Shown piece by piece: positions 20,363 to 30,964 of a stretch of DNA of 64,000 nucleotides. Position 1 is the first letter of the stretch. The number at the start of each line of letters is the position of its first letter. Origin of the DNA: an uncultured delta proteobacterium (GTDB taxonomy: Bacteria > Desulfobacterota > Binatia > UBA9968); NCBI GenBank assembly GCA_963755715.1, contig CAVWLW010000069.1:32001-96000 (forward strand), written 5' to 3'. The position numbers were made by a program, and so were the translations under genes. The notes under the pieces are model-generated. The model made no database searches and had not been told where the DNA came from. It was given only the letters and a program-made list of their open reading frames with translations.

Positions 20363-21604
20363 TCATCGCATGATCAAGCGCTCCGCCGCGGCTAACGCCG
20401 GCTTGCGAACCGTGTCTTGCTTTTCTTCGGTGTGACTCTCGAGGCGATGATATTGCTCCACGCTCATGAATTCCCGCGCCGGCCTGACCGCATAGGGTTC
20501 TTTCGGCACCTCGACATCGAGACGCCGCGTCGGTTCGCCGATGGCATTTTGATAGGTCTCCTGTCCTTCTTTACTCAACAGCCAATTGACGAAGAGCTTG
20601 GCGGCGTTGGGATGAGGCGGATCCTTGATCACCGCGAGCACGCCGGAACCAGTAACAGGATAAATGCCGTCTTTGAGTTGCGGCAGCGGCTTGACCGGAA
20701 GTCCAGCCTTCACGAAGGACACGAAATTGTCGATGTCCAGACCGATGGTGAGAGCTACAGTACCCTTCGCCAAGGCTTCGGCAAGCGGTCTCTCTTCGGT
20801 CATGATCAGCAAATGTTGCTGCACGAGCTTCTTGAGAAATTCTTCACCCTTGGTTTTCCACAAGAAAGTCCAGTTGCCTTGTCCAGCGCCGCCGCGCCGC
20901 GGATCGCTGTAGCCAATCTTGCCTTGCCACTTGGGATGCAAAAGATCGTCGAGCGAGCGCAACTCTTCCGGTTTCACGAGATCGCTGTTGTACCAGAGGG
21001 CGTCCTGAACAAAGGCGAGGAATGAATAGCCATAGCGCTTGGTTTTATCCACGTACATATGGCCGCCCCACCAGTTTTTCACTTCCCTGACTTCGGGAAG
21101 AATGAATTGCGCTTCGACCGGCTCGAGCATGCCGGCCAAACCAAAAATAATTGGCCCCGATCCACCCGTATGGACATCGGTGAGTCGAAGCCCCGCTCTA
21201 AACTCGTCGGCAATTTTCTTGGCGACGGCTGCGCCACGGCCCGTAAAGAGCTCCAACTCGATGCCGTAACGCTTCTCAAAAACCTCCTTCAAGCTCTTCC
21301 TCAATTCGGCGCCCGCTGGTATTGAAACGACCACCTTTCCTTCTTTCTTTGCCGCAGCGACAATCTGTGGCCACTGAAACGTCTGGGCTTCGACGACGCA
21401 AGAGATGCCGGCGATCAAAGCGATGATTACAGTCGTTTGTACATGAACGGAATATTTTTGGCGCTGCGGCAAAAACTCACTCCTCGATGTAGATCCAGAC
21501 AAAAACATCTCACATAAAGATCGTCTTGTAAGAAATGGTTTGGAATCTAGTGACTTTGAAGACTGCTTGTCAAGCAAATTTTGCTGCCGACTCGCGCAGA
21601 ACAT
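20363..21604 (-). CDS. ABC substrate-binding protein, AfuA-like family (true start probably near 21470)
   Basis: AAKKEGKVVV, LLHPKWQGKIG and PPHPNAAKLFVNWLLSKEGQ motifs; paralog of 16119..17234. Confidence 0.85.
   Translation of the reverse strand: MFCASRQQNLLDKQSSKSLDSKPFLTRRSLCEMFLSGSTSRSEFLPQRQKYSVHVQTTVIIALIAGISCVVEAQTFQWPQIVAAAKKEGKVVVSIPAGAELRKSLKEVFEKRYGIELELFTGRGAAVAKKIADEFRAGLRLTDVHTGGSGPIIFGLAGMLEPVEAQFILPEVREVKNWWGGHMYVDKTKRYGYSFLAFVQDALWYNSDLVKPEELRSLDDLLHPKWQGKIGYSDPRRGGAGQGNWTFLWKTKGEEFLKKLVQQHLLIMTEERPLAEALAKGTVALTIGLDIDNFVSFVKAGLPVKPLPQLKDGIYPVTGSGVLAVIKDPPHPNAAKLFVNWLLSKEGQETYQNAIGEPTRRLDVEVPKEPYAVRPAREFMSVEQYHRLESHTEEKQDTVRKPALAAAERLIMR
21539..21585 (-). promoter_or_regulatory. 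Second copy of the sigma70 promoter/operator
   Basis: TTGACA-AGCAGTCTTCAAAGTCAC-TAGATT on the minus strand; AGCAAA-T-TTTGCT palindrome. Confidence 0.65.
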
Positions 21605-21836
21605 TCAAAAAAATTCTTTGCTGCGCTCGAATGCCTCCGTGACGAAGAAAGAAGCGTAAAACTGAAATAATTTCTTCCGCCAACCACTGCCATGAAAAAA
21701 TATTTGTGGTCGCCGCGGCCATCGAGATACGAGCAACTATTACCGCCAAAGATCGTCGATTCAATTTTTTCGCCGGAAAACTCTTGCACGAATAACGCGA
21801 TTCCATTACTCTGCGGGAGTTCTTAGGTTTCTCGCT

Positions 21837-23246
21837 ATGCGAGCGGTCAAAGTTATATTTGCGCTCTTCTTAGGAGTTACTGGAATTTTCGGATGTTCGT
21901 CGACCGAGCGTTTGTATCCTCGCACGACGACGACGGTCCCGTTCCCGCAAGCCGAAACCGACGTTAGTGGTCTTTCTGACTCGGCAACCGGTCCCTCTTC
22001 GTCCAATTTATCCGCCAGCGTAATTGAACCATCCGTGACCGACGAGCAAAATCCACTCACTCCAGCGCGCGAGGTGAAACCCAGCCCACTGCTCGAGCCG
22101 GTTGAACCCCAGTCGGAGCGCGTGGAAAGCGCGGAAAAGCCCGCGCAAACATCAAAATCATCTGCGCCGGCGGCGCAGTCTCCGCCGAGCTTGCGCACCG
22201 ATAATCGCTTGTTGGAATTGCTGGAAAGAGATTTGGAAAAAGCCGTCGATCAGCCGAAGGAGCGCCGCCGGCTGCAATTCTCCAAAGAAGTCGTCGAAAA
22301 TCCGAAGGTGCGTCAATTTGTGAGATATTATTCGACGACAGGAAAAATTCGCTTTCAGCAGCTACTCGGTCGCTCCGGCAAGTACCTGCCGATGATCGCG
22401 AAAGTGCTCAGCCAAGAAGGGTTGCCGGAAGAACTCGGTTATCTGGCGTTGCTCGAGAGTGAGTTTGTCGTCAATACAACGTCACGCAACGGCGCCGTCG
22501 GTCTGTGGCAATTCATCGCGACGACCGCGCGCCGCTATGGCTTGCGCATTGACGAGTGGGTCGATGAACGGCGCGATCCGGTCAAATCGACGCGCGCCGC
22601 GGCGGCTTATTTGAAAGACCTGCACGACTACTACGGCCGCTGGTATTTGGCCACGGCCGCTTACAACGCCGGTCCGGGAAACGTCGACAAGGCGTTACAA
22701 CAGAGCGGCGCAAAAGATTTTTGGCATATCAAAACGAAAACTCAGCTCACCGAAGAAACGCACAACTTCGTGCCCAAGTTCGTCGCCATCTCGCTGATCG
22801 CCATGGACCCGAGCAAGTACGGCTTGAATGATGTGCGCTACGAGGCGGCGCTGGATTATGAAGAAGTGGAGTTGAAAGCGCCGATGAAGCTCGCGGCGCT
22901 CGCGCAATCAGCGGAAACCGATATCCCGGATCTTCGCGATCTCAATCCCGCGCTCTTGCGTGATATGACGCCGCCCGGCGAGCAGAGTTTTCGTATTAAG
23001 GTGCCGGTAGGAAAGGCGTCCATTCTTCTTGCGAAAACGATCGAAAAGCCGGTCGAGAAAAACACGGAACCGACACAAGTCGTCACCCACGAAGTGAAAA
23101 GAGGCGAGACGCTTTTCTCGATCGCGCGCTCTTACGGCCTAGAGGTGCGCGCCTTAATGGAATTTAACGGTCTGACGACGTCACGGCTGTTGATCGGCCA
23201 AAGGCTTAGGATCTGGCTGGAAGGTCTGCGAGGCGTGCTGCGCTAA
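21837..23246 (+). CDS. mltD: Membrane-bound lytic murein transglycosylase D-like lipoprotein (SLT + LysM)
   Basis: Lipobox IFGC; LALLESEF, GAVGLWQF, AAYNAG and ETHNFVPK motifs; C-terminal LysM HEVKRGETLFSIA. Confidence 0.88.
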   Translation: MRAVKVIFALFLGVTGIFGCSSTERLYPRTTTTVPFPQAETDVSGLSDSATGPSSSNLSASVIEPSVTDEQNPLTPAREVKPSPLLEPVEPQSERVESAEKPAQTSKSSAPAAQSPPSLRTDNRLLELLERDLEKAVDQPKERRRLQFSKEVVENPKVRQFVRYYSTTGKIRFQQLLGRSGKYLPMIAKVLSQEGLPEELGYLALLESEFVVNTTSRNGAVGLWQFIATTARRYGLRIDEWVDERRDPVKSTRAAAAYLKDLHDYYGRWYLATAAYNAGPGNVDKALQQSGAKDFWHIKTKTQLTEETHNFVPKFVAISLIAMDPSKYGLNDVRYEAALDYEEVELKAPMKLAALAQSAETDIPDLRDLNPALLRDMTPPGEQSFRIKVPVGKASILLAKTIEKPVEKNTEPTQVVTHEVKRGETLFSIARSYGLEVRALMEFNGLTTSRLLIGQRLRIWLEGLRGVLR

Positions 23247-23250
23247 AAGT

Positions 23251-24537
23251 TTACGAACGTTTCTCCATCGGGACGTAATCGCGTATCTCGGCGCCCAAAT
23301 AAACTTGTTTGGGGCGGGCCAGCTTCTGGTCCGGATCCGTTAACATTTCTTCCCATTGAGCGATCCAGCCCGAGGTGCGCGGAATCGCAAAAAGCACGGG
23401 AAACATATCCATCGGCAGCCCCATCGACTGATAGATTAATCCTGAATAGAAGTCGACATTCGGATAGAGTTTGCGCTTGATGAAGTAGTCATCGGAGAGC
23501 GCAATGCGTTCGAGCTCGAGCGCGATGTCGAGCAATGGATTGCGCCCTTTGACTTCAAAAACCTGGTCGGCGACCTCTTTGATGATCTTGGCGCGCGGAT
23601 CGTAGTTCTTATAGACGCGATGGCCGAAGCCCATCAAGCGCCCTTCCCCGCCTTTGACCTTTTTAATAAATTCGGGAACTTTGTCCTTGGCGCCGATTTC
23701 CATGAGCATCCGCAGCACCGCTTCGTTCGCCCCTCCGTGCAGCGGTCCATAGAGAGCCGCTGCGGCGGCGGCGACCGCCGAATAGGGATCGGCCTGCGAG
23801 CTGCCGACGCTGCGCATGGCGTTGGCGCTGCAATTCTGTTCATGGTCCGCGTGCAAGATGAAAAGAATATCGAGGGCCCGCTCGAGCACCGGATTCGGCT
23901 TGTATTTGAGCTCCGTCATCTTGAAAAGCATGTTGAGAAAATTACCCGTGTAACTCAAATCGTTGTCCGGATACGAATAGGGCAATCCGAGACTATGACG
24001 GTAGGCAAAAGCCGCAAGCGTCGGCATTTTACTGATTAACCGGTAAGTCTGATCGTGTCGGGACTTGACGTCAAATATCTTTTTGGCTTCGGGATAAAAT
24101 GTCGAGAGCGCGCCCACAGTGCTGACCAATATCCCCATGGGATGGGCGTCGTGATGAAAGCCATCGATCAGTTTTTTTATATTTTCGTGGATGATCGAAT
24201 GATAAGTGATGTTGTGGTTCCACTCTTCGAGCTGCGCTTTGTTCGGCAGCTCACCATAAAGCACCAAATAGGCGGTTTCTAAGTAGGTGCTCTTTTCGGC
24301 GATCTGCTCGATCGGATAGCCGCGGTAGCGAAGAATGCCGCGGTCGCCATCGATATAGGTAATCTTGCTTTGGCACGACGCGGTATTCATGAACCCCGGA
24401 TCGTAACTGACAATGCCGTCATCTTCCGTGATTCTGATCTGAAACAAATCGGTCGCCTTGATGGCGCCGTTTTTAATCGGAATCTCGTATTGTTTGCCGG
24501 TTCGGTTGTCGGTAATCGTCAGTGTCTCGGAGGCCAT
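23251..24537 (-). CDS. gltA: Citrate synthase
   Basis: GILRYRGYPIE, LHADHEQN, GPLHGGANE, MGFGHRVYK and YPNVDFYSG motifs. Confidence 0.97.
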   Translation of the reverse strand: MASETLTITDNRTGKQYEIPIKNGAIKATDLFQIRITEDDGIVSYDPGFMNTASCQSKITYIDGDRGILRYRGYPIEQIAEKSTYLETAYLVLYGELPNKAQLEEWNHNITYHSIIHENIKKLIDGFHHDAHPMGILVSTVGALSTFYPEAKKIFDVKSRHDQTYRLISKMPTLAAFAYRHSLGLPYSYPDNDLSYTGNFLNMLFKMTELKYKPNPVLERALDILFILHADHEQNCSANAMRSVGSSQADPYSAVAAAAAALYGPLHGGANEAVLRMLMEIGAKDKVPEFIKKVKGGEGRLMGFGHRVYKNYDPRAKIIKEVADQVFEVKGRNPLLDIALELERIALSDDYFIKRKLYPNVDFYSGLIYQSMGLPMDMFPVLFAIPRTSGWIAQWEEMLTDPDQKLARPKQVYLGAEIRDYVPMEKRS

Positions 24538-24611
24538 CGTATTTACCTTTCAGCTGCCCTTCGCGTCTGTTGTTTCTTTTAAACCATCCCCTTGCGCCGG
24601 TCAACTATGCT

Positions 24612-25070
24612 TCAAGTTTCCGGCGCGCCTGATATCCAATTGATTTTCCAGCGTCCGTGCGCCTTAGAACAGCAGAGCACAGTCGCGGGCAGAAAATCGA
24701 CGACAGCGCGTTCAGGATCGCCGCTGATGAGCAGGGCCGCAAGCCGCTTCAGATATGGCAAGTGTCCGACCAGCATGATTGAACACTCGGCGGCGTCAAG
24801 CTCGGCTTTGACAACCGCCGGATCATCTTCGGGCAATAAGCCGGCGTGCTGTTCCACCGCCAAGTTTGGCGGGAACGCTTTGGCAAGGATCTCTGCGGTC
24901 TGCTTGGCGCGCAGAATTCCCGAATGATAGATCCGCGAGACTTCACTTCCGCGCTCCAGCATCTCGCGCGCGGCGCGTTGAACCTGTTCGCGGCCTATCC
25001 GCGAGAGCGGACGCTCGGCGTTTTCCACCGCGGCGACTGCGTCCCCGTGTCGAACCAAATAGAAATTCAT
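24612..25070 (-). CDS. sixA: Phosphohistidine phosphatase SixA
   Basis: YLVRHGDA, RAKQTAE and MLVGHLP motifs. Confidence 0.9.
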   Translation of the reverse strand: MNFYLVRHGDAVAAVENAERPLSRIGREQVQRAAREMLERGSEVSRIYHSGILRAKQTAEILAKAFPPNLAVEQHAGLLPEDDPAVVKAELDAAECSIMLVGHLPYLKRLAALLISGDPERAVVDFLPATVLCCSKAHGRWKINWISGAPET

Positions 25071-25259
25071 GTCGGGTGAGAACCTGGCGATCCGAACCAG
25101 TCAAGTGCGGATGCGAATCTGCGGCGATAGCGTTGCCGCAAGTGCGAATCGTCGACGGTGACCGCTGACTTTGTTGCGTCGTGTTGCAAAAACCCGTTGT
25201 TCATATAGTATGCCGCTCATCAATTTGCAATCTTGTCAGGCGCAGCGCGTTCGATAATC

Positions 25260-25988
25260 GTGATCGAGTTTCGCAAGGTCAATAAGTGGTTCGGCTCGCT
25301 TCACGTCCTCAAGGACATTGATCTCACCGTCGAGGCGGGAAATGTCGTCGTGGTCTGCGGCCCGAGTGGCAGCGGCAAAAGCACCTTGATTCGCTGCATC
25401 AACCGGCTCGAGACGATTCAATCCGGCGATATCATCGTCGACGGCTTGTCTTTGAGCGACGCCAAACTCGATGCCGTGCGGCTGCGCACCAATGTCGGCA
25501 TGGTCTTCCAATCGTTCAATCTCTATCCGCACATGACCGTGCTCCGCAATATCACCTTGGCACCGGTGAAAGTAAAAGGCCTCGCCGAAAAGGAAGCGGA
25601 AAAAATCGCTAAGGCGCTTCTCGACCGGGTCGGGATCCCCGACAAAGCCGATGTCTTCCCCGCCAATCTTTCCGGCGGTCAGCAGCAGCGGGTCGCCATC
25701 GCGCGGGCGCTCGCGATGGCGCCGAAAGTCATGCTGTTCGATGAGCCTACCTCCGCGTTGGATCCTGAAATGATCAACGAAGTATTGGAGGTCATGACCG
25801 ACTTGGCTCGCGACGGCATGACGATGGTGGTGGTGACCCATGAAATGGGTTTTGCCAGGCGTGTTGCACACCGCGTCGTTTTCATGGATCAGGGACAAAT
25901 CATCGAAGCCAATGATCCGGAAAGATTTTTTGCCGCGCCGGAATCTTCCAGAGCGCAACAATTTCTGAGCAAAATTCTCTCACATTGA
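25260..25988 (+). CDS. Polar amino acid ABC transporter ATP-binding protein (GlnQ/GltL-like)
   Basis: [30 protein letters not shown] and [11 protein letters not shown] motifs. Confidence 0.95.
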   Translation: MIEFRKVNKWFGSLHVLKDIDLTVEAGNVVVVCGPSGSGKSTLIRCINRLETIQSGDIIVDGLSLSDAKLDAVRLRTNVGMVFQSFNLYPHMTVLRNITLAPVKVKGLAEKEAEKIAKALLDRVGIPDKADVFPANLSGGQQQRVAIARALAMAPKVMLFDEPTSALDPEMINEVLEVMTDLARDGMTMVVVTHEMGFARRVAHRVVFMDQGQIIEANDPERFFAAPESSRAQQFLSKILSH

Positions 25989-25998
25989 GGAAAACAAC

Positions 25999-26859
25999 AT
26001 GAAGCGAATTCGTTCCTTGTGGCTTATCGCGCTCTTCAGTGTTTTTGCCGGCTATAGCTTGAGCCGGGCGGAAACCACGCTGGAAAAAATCGATAGAAGC
26101 GCCGTGCTCGTTATCGGCACGCGCACCGGCTCGCCGCCTTTTGCTTACGTCAATAAGAGCAATGAGTGGGTCGGCTTCTCAATCGATTTGGTCGAAAAAG
26201 CGATACTTCCCGTGCTCAATCAAAAACTCAACAAACAAATCAAATTGGAAAAGAAAGAGTCGGCGCCGCAGACGCGAATCCCGCTTTTGACGTCGAACGC
26301 CGTCGATCTGATCGCCGAAACCATGACCGACACGCAATCGCGGCGCGACCAAGTTGATTTCAGTTTGACCTTCTTCGCCACCGGCGCGCAATTTCTCGTC
26401 AAGAAAGGCAGCCCGATTAAAGGCTTGCAATCGATCGCGGGCAAGCGCATAGCGGCGCAGCAAGGATCGACGAATGCCAAACTTATTCGCGAGCGCGTGC
26501 CCAACGCCAAGCTTCTTGAATTTCCCGACCAGCCCGCGGCGTTTCAAGCATTGGCTCAAGGACAGGTTCAAGCCTATACCAACGACGGCATTCAATTGGC
26601 CGGTCTGCGCGCGAAAGCGCCTAAACCCGACGATTACGCCGTGGTCGGCGAGTTCTTTTCCTATGAACCGTACGGCATGGCGATGCGCAAGAATGATTCT
26701 GACTTTCGCCAAGCTGTGAACGCCGGTTTGATGAACGCGATCGCCTCCGGCCTCTACTTTGAGATCTACGACAAATGGTTTGGTGCCAAAGGCGAAGTAC
26801 CCTACCCAATGACCGCTGAAATCAAGCGGTTCCTGCAAATGCAAGTGGTACCGAAGTAG
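25999..26859 (+). CDS. Polar amino acid (Glu/Asp-like) ABC substrate-binding protein
   Basis: Signal peptide; PPFAY, TRIPLL, QQGST and EPYGMAMRKND motifs. Confidence 0.9.
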   Translation: MKRIRSLWLIALFSVFAGYSLSRAETTLEKIDRSAVLVIGTRTGSPPFAYVNKSNEWVGFSIDLVEKAILPVLNQKLNKQIKLEKKESAPQTRIPLLTSNAVDLIAETMTDTQSRRDQVDFSLTFFATGAQFLVKKGSPIKGLQSIAGKRIAAQQGSTNAKLIRERVPNAKLLEFPDQPAAFQALAQGQVQAYTNDGIQLAGLRAKAPKPDDYAVVGEFFSYEPYGMAMRKNDSDFRQAVNAGLMNAIASGLYFEIYDKWFGAKGEVPYPMTAEIKRFLQMQVVPK

Positions 26860-26930
26860 GCAACAGGCATTAGGCAGCAGGCAATAGCAGAAATCACCGA
26901 ACCGGATTCTTGCTATTGCCTAATGCCTGT
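26858..26930. repeat. 7-mer tandem repeats (AGGCAAC/AGGCATT) with an inverse tract
   Basis: AGGCAACAGGCATTAGGCAGCAGGCAATAG...CTATTGCCTAATGCCT. Confidence 0.65.
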
Positions 26931-26949
26931 TGCGTAATGCCTTTTTCGA

Positions 26950-27675
26950 ATGAATTACCACTTCAATTGGAGCGTTCTTTGGAGCGGGCAAACCGGCGCT
27001 TGGCTGCTCCACGGGGTATTCATGACGCTGGAGATTTCGTTGGTCGGCTGGTTCATCGCCGCCGCACTCGGGATTCTTTCCGGCGCGCTTCGCACCCTGC
27101 CGATATTACCCTTGCGCTGGCTTGCGGCCGGCTACGTCGAGTTCTTCCGCAATGTGCCTTTGCTCGTTTGGATGTTTTTTTGGTACTTCGGCGTGCCGCC
27201 GTTCTTGCCGCAGGCGCTGCAAGACTGGCTGCTCGATCACGGCGCTGAATTCTGGGCCGGCGCATTCGCTCTCGGCGTGTATCACGGCGCCCGCTTCTCC
27301 GAGGTGATTCGCTCGGGGATCGGCGCGATTCCGAAGACTCAGTTCGAAGCAGCGGCATCCACAGGTTTGACAACGGCGCAAGCCTACCGCCTGGTCATCC
27401 TTCCTATTGCTTTCCGCTTGATCGTGCCGCCGGCGACCAACGAGACGTTAAATCTTTTAAAGAACTCTTCCGTGGCGCTGACCATCGGCGTCGCCGAGTT
27501 GACTTTTCAAGTCCGCCAGATCGAAACCTACAGCGCCAAGGCTTTCGAAGCTCTCGCCGCGGGAACCGTTATTTATCTTGTTCTTTGTTTGACGATCTCC
27601 GCGGTCATGGCGCGTATCGAGCGACAAACCGCCATACCCGGCATGATCACACGGGGAAACACTGGAGTATCGTGA
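26950..27675 (+). CDS. Polar amino acid ABC permease
   Basis: YVEFFRNVPLLV, EVIRSGI and LLKNSS motifs. Confidence 0.92.
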   Translation: MNYHFNWSVLWSGQTGAWLLHGVFMTLEISLVGWFIAAALGILSGALRTLPILPLRWLAAGYVEFFRNVPLLVWMFFWYFGVPPFLPQALQDWLLDHGAEFWAGAFALGVYHGARFSEVIRSGIGAIPKTQFEAAASTGLTTAQAYRLVILPIAFRLIVPPATNETLNLLKNSSVALTIGVAELTFQVRQIETYSAKAFEALAAGTVIYLVLCLTISAVMARIERQTAIPGMITRGNTGVS

Positions 27676-27676
27676 A

Positions 27677-28358
27677 ATGGATTTCCAGGTAATCGCTAAT
27701 AACTTCGCTTTCCTGATGCTTCAAGGCTTCCTCGGCTTCGGTGCGTTCGCCGGCGGAACGTTGCGCCTCGCCATCCCGGCGATTGTTCTCGGATTCATTC
27801 TCGGCACAGCGATTGGTTTGGCCCGCTTGGCCCGCGCCCGGTGGCTTTATCTTGCTGCGGCCGCTTATGTGGAATTTTTTCGCGGCGTGCCGCTCGTGAT
27901 GGTCATCTTTTGGTTCTGGTTCATCGTTCCCGCGCTGATGGGAAAGTCGCTCCCTGAATACAGCGTCGCGCTCACCGCATTCGTGATGTTCGAAGCGGCT
28001 TATTTGGCGGAGATCGTGCGTTCCGGCATCCAGTCCGTGCCGCGCGGACAGGTCGAGGCCGCTACCGCCACCGGACTCGCACACGGGCAGATGATGCGGC
28101 ACGTGATCTTGCCCCAAGCCCTGCGCAATATGATTCCCGCTCTAGTCACCCAATTCATCGTGCTTGCTCAAAGACACATCGCTCGCATCGATCATCGGTT
28201 ACGTCGATCTCACCAAAGCCGCGCAGATTGTGAATAACCGAGAAATCCGGCCTTTTGAGCTTTATCTTTTCATCGCTATTGTCTACTGGCTCTCCAGCTA
28301 TGGCATGTCCCGGTACGCGCGTTATTGCGAATATCGGTTGAATCCAAGCCGATCGTGA
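27677..28358 (+). CDS. Polar amino acid ABC permease; frameshift near 28165
   Basis: YVEFFRGVPL and AEIVRSGI motifs; continues as LLKDTSLASIIG in the shifted frame. Confidence 0.9.
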
Positions 28359-28528
28359 ATCTCGCACGCGTCGACTTAACCAGCGCTTAACAATAATTGA
28401 CCATCGGTCGAGTTGACCCTTTCGACACCCGTGCGCTACAGTTAATACACAGCCCCGTACGTTCACACATCAAGATTAGCGAATCGAATCCAAAAGCAAT
28501 ACTCAACGCAATTTCTTCGCGAACGAAC

Positions 28529-29479
28529 ATGCTCTATTTAAAAGATACCCCGATCAACCAGATCCTCTCGATGAACGAAATGATCGAGGCGGTCGAGGAC
28601 ACGCTTAAAGAGGTCGCGCTGGGCCGCGGTTTCGAGTTGCCGCGGCGCAGGATTCATCATCCCAATCGAATGATCTTTGGGCTCCTACCGGGCTCCGTGC
28701 ATGGCGCTATGGGAGCCTATTTGCAGACCGATCTAGATCGCCGCATCCATCATGAAACGGTGATTTTGTACAGTGTCGAAACTGGCGCGCCGCTTATTTT
28801 ATTTCAAGATTGCGCCATGAATGAAAATCGGACGGCTGCGGCGGGGGCCATCGGCGCCAAGTATTTGGCCCGAGCAAACGCTAATCGGGTGGCTGTGTTC
28901 GGCAGCGCCGTCCACGCGGAAAGCCAACTCAAAGCGGTCGCCGCCGTCAGAAACTTGACGCAAGTGTGGGTTTTCAGCCCAAGTCCAAAGCACCGCGAGT
29001 CATTCGCCGTGAAACTCGGCGGCGAGCTTGGAATTCCCGTCCAAGCAGCGTTGAACGCTGAAGAAGCATTGGAAAACGCCGATATTGTCATTACGGCGAC
29101 CGATTCAAAGGCGTCGGTTTTTGACGGCAGCCAGTTGAACGCGGGAACTCACGTTACTTCGATTGCCAACGGCGACAAGACTCGGAAGCGACAGGAGATC
29201 GATGAGACCGCGATCCGCCGGGCCGACGCGATTTTTGTAACTTCCAAGGAAACCGTTTGCGTCAACGAGAGCGATATTTTTCGGGCAGTCAGAGATCGGG
29301 TCATTAACTGGGACCAAGTTCATGAGATATCAAGCTTGCTACTTGGCCGAGTTGCAGGCCGCACGGACGATCGCCAAATCACTTTATTCAAACTTCAAGG
29401 AACGGGTATCATGGACGTCGCGATCGGTCTGCGAGCCTACGAGAAACTGAAAGACGGCAATCAGGTACAGCGATTATAA
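28529..29479 (+). CDS. Ornithine cyclodeaminase/mu-crystallin family protein
   Basis: RTAAAGAIGAKYLA, DIVITAT and ITLFKLQGTGIMD motifs. Confidence 0.88.
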   Translation: MLYLKDTPINQILSMNEMIEAVEDTLKEVALGRGFELPRRRIHHPNRMIFGLLPGSVHGAMGAYLQTDLDRRIHHETVILYSVETGAPLILFQDCAMNENRTAAAGAIGAKYLARANANRVAVFGSAVHAESQLKAVAAVRNLTQVWVFSPSPKHRESFAVKLGGELGIPVQAALNAEEALENADIVITATDSKASVFDGSQLNAGTHVTSIANGDKTRKRQEIDETAIRRADAIFVTSKETVCVNESDIFRAVRDRVINWDQVHEISSLLLGRVAGRTDDRQITLFKLQGTGIMDVAIGLRAYEKLKDGNQVQRL

Positions 29480-29505
29480 AAGTTTCCAGAAGCTAGGATA
29501 GAAGC

Positions 29506-30924
29506 ATGGCGCATTACGATATGTTGGTGATCGGTTCCGGGCCTGCTGGCCAGAAGGCGGCCATCCAGGCCGCTAAAATCGGTAAAAAGGCAGGGGTCAT
29601 CGAACGTAAAAAAGTCGCCGGCGGCATTTGCATCAATACGGGAACTATACCCAGCAAATCGCTGCGCGAAGCGGTGATGTTTCTTTCCGGCTTTCGCCAG
29701 CGCAATCTCTATGGCGCCAGCTACCGGGTCAAGAAAGATATCACTTTCGAAGACCTCGCCCAGCGTTGCGATCATGTGGTCAAAGCCGAACAGGAAATCA
29801 TTCAGAACCAATTGATCAGAAACTCCGTCGATTTCATCGTCGGCACCGCGTCCCTGATCGATCCTCATCGCATCTCGATCAAGCAGGAATCCGAGTCGAA
29901 CGAACACACGGCCGACTACATCGTCATCGCCGTGGGCACCGAAACGGCCCACCCGCCGGGAGTTCCATTTGACGATGAGAGCGTCATCGATAGCGATGGC
30001 CTGCTATCGCTCAAACAGCTGCCGAAGTCATTGACGATCGTCGGCGGCGGCGTCATTGGCTGCGAATATGCTTGCATCTTGGCAACGCTCGGCATTCCGG
30101 TCGTGCTGGTGGAGCGGCGGCCGCGGCTGCTTGAGTTCGTCGATAGCGAAATTATCGAATCGCTCCAATATCAAATGCGCAATATCGGCGTGACACTGCG
30201 CCTGAATGAAGAGGTAGTCGGCGTTTCCATCGGCGCCGACAAATCCGTCGTGCTCCACCTCAAGAGCGGCAAACAAATTCGCTCGCCGCTGCTGGTTTAT
30301 TCCGCAGGCCGCGTAGGCGCGACGAAGAATCTGGGGCTGGAACAGGTCGGCATCGAACCCGACGAGCGCGGCCGGTTGAAAGTCAACGAGAATTTTCAGA
30401 CTGCCGTGCCGCACATTTACGCGGCCGGCGACGTAGTGGGATTTCCCGCCCTCGCGTCGACTTCGATGCAACAAGGCCGTCATGCCGCCTGCCATGCTTT
30501 CGGTCTCGTCTGCGAGACATCCTCGCATCTATTGCCGTACGGAATCTACACGATCCCGGAAATTTCGATGGTCGGACGCAACGAAGACGAGCTTACGCGC
30601 GACGGCGTTCCCTATGAGATCGGGATAGCCCGCTATCGGGAGATCGCTCGAGGCCAAATCATCGGCGACACCGTCGGCATGCTAAAACTGCTCTTTCATA
30701 GCGACACCCGTGAACTGTTAGGGGTCCATGTGATCGGCGAAGGCGCGACCGAATTGGTCCATATCGGCCAAGCGGTCATCGCCCACGGCGGCAAGTTGGA
30801 TTACTTCGTCGATACGGTATTCAATTACCCGACGCTGGCCGAATGCTACAAAGTCGCGGCGCTCGCGGCGCTGAACAAATTTGCCAACAACGGCGCCGCA
30901 GTCTGCAAGGCGCCGGAGCACTAA
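29506..30924 (+). CDS. sthA: Soluble pyridine nucleotide transhydrogenase
   Basis: GSGPAGQKAA, GGICINTGTIPSK (single Cys) and VFNYPTLAECYKVAA motifs. Confidence 0.92.
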   Translation: MAHYDMLVIGSGPAGQKAAIQAAKIGKKAGVIERKKVAGGICINTGTIPSKSLREAVMFLSGFRQRNLYGASYRVKKDITFEDLAQRCDHVVKAEQEIIQNQLIRNSVDFIVGTASLIDPHRISIKQESESNEHTADYIVIAVGTETAHPPGVPFDDESVIDSDGLLSLKQLPKSLTIVGGGVIGCEYACILATLGIPVVLVERRPRLLEFVDSEIIESLQYQMRNIGVTLRLNEEVVGVSIGADKSVVLHLKSGKQIRSPLLVYSAGRVGATKNLGLEQVGIEPDERGRLKVNENFQTAVPHIYAAGDVVGFPALASTSMQQGRHAACHAFGLVCETSSHLLPYGIYTIPEISMVGRNEDELTRDGVPYEIGIARYREIARGQIIGDTVGMLKLLFHSDTRELLGVHVIGEGATELVHIGQAVIAHGGKLDYFVDTVFNYPTLAECYKVAALAALNKFANNGAAVCKAPEH

Positions 30925-30964
30925 GCAGGCAGCCTCTTTAGCGCGCGGCGCCGAAATGCGCGGC

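Noticed and set aside
21600-21830. Possible ncRNA or riboswitch in the AT-rich divergent intergenic region
   Set aside because: No recognisable conserved motif or stable structure by eye; consistent with promoter DNA
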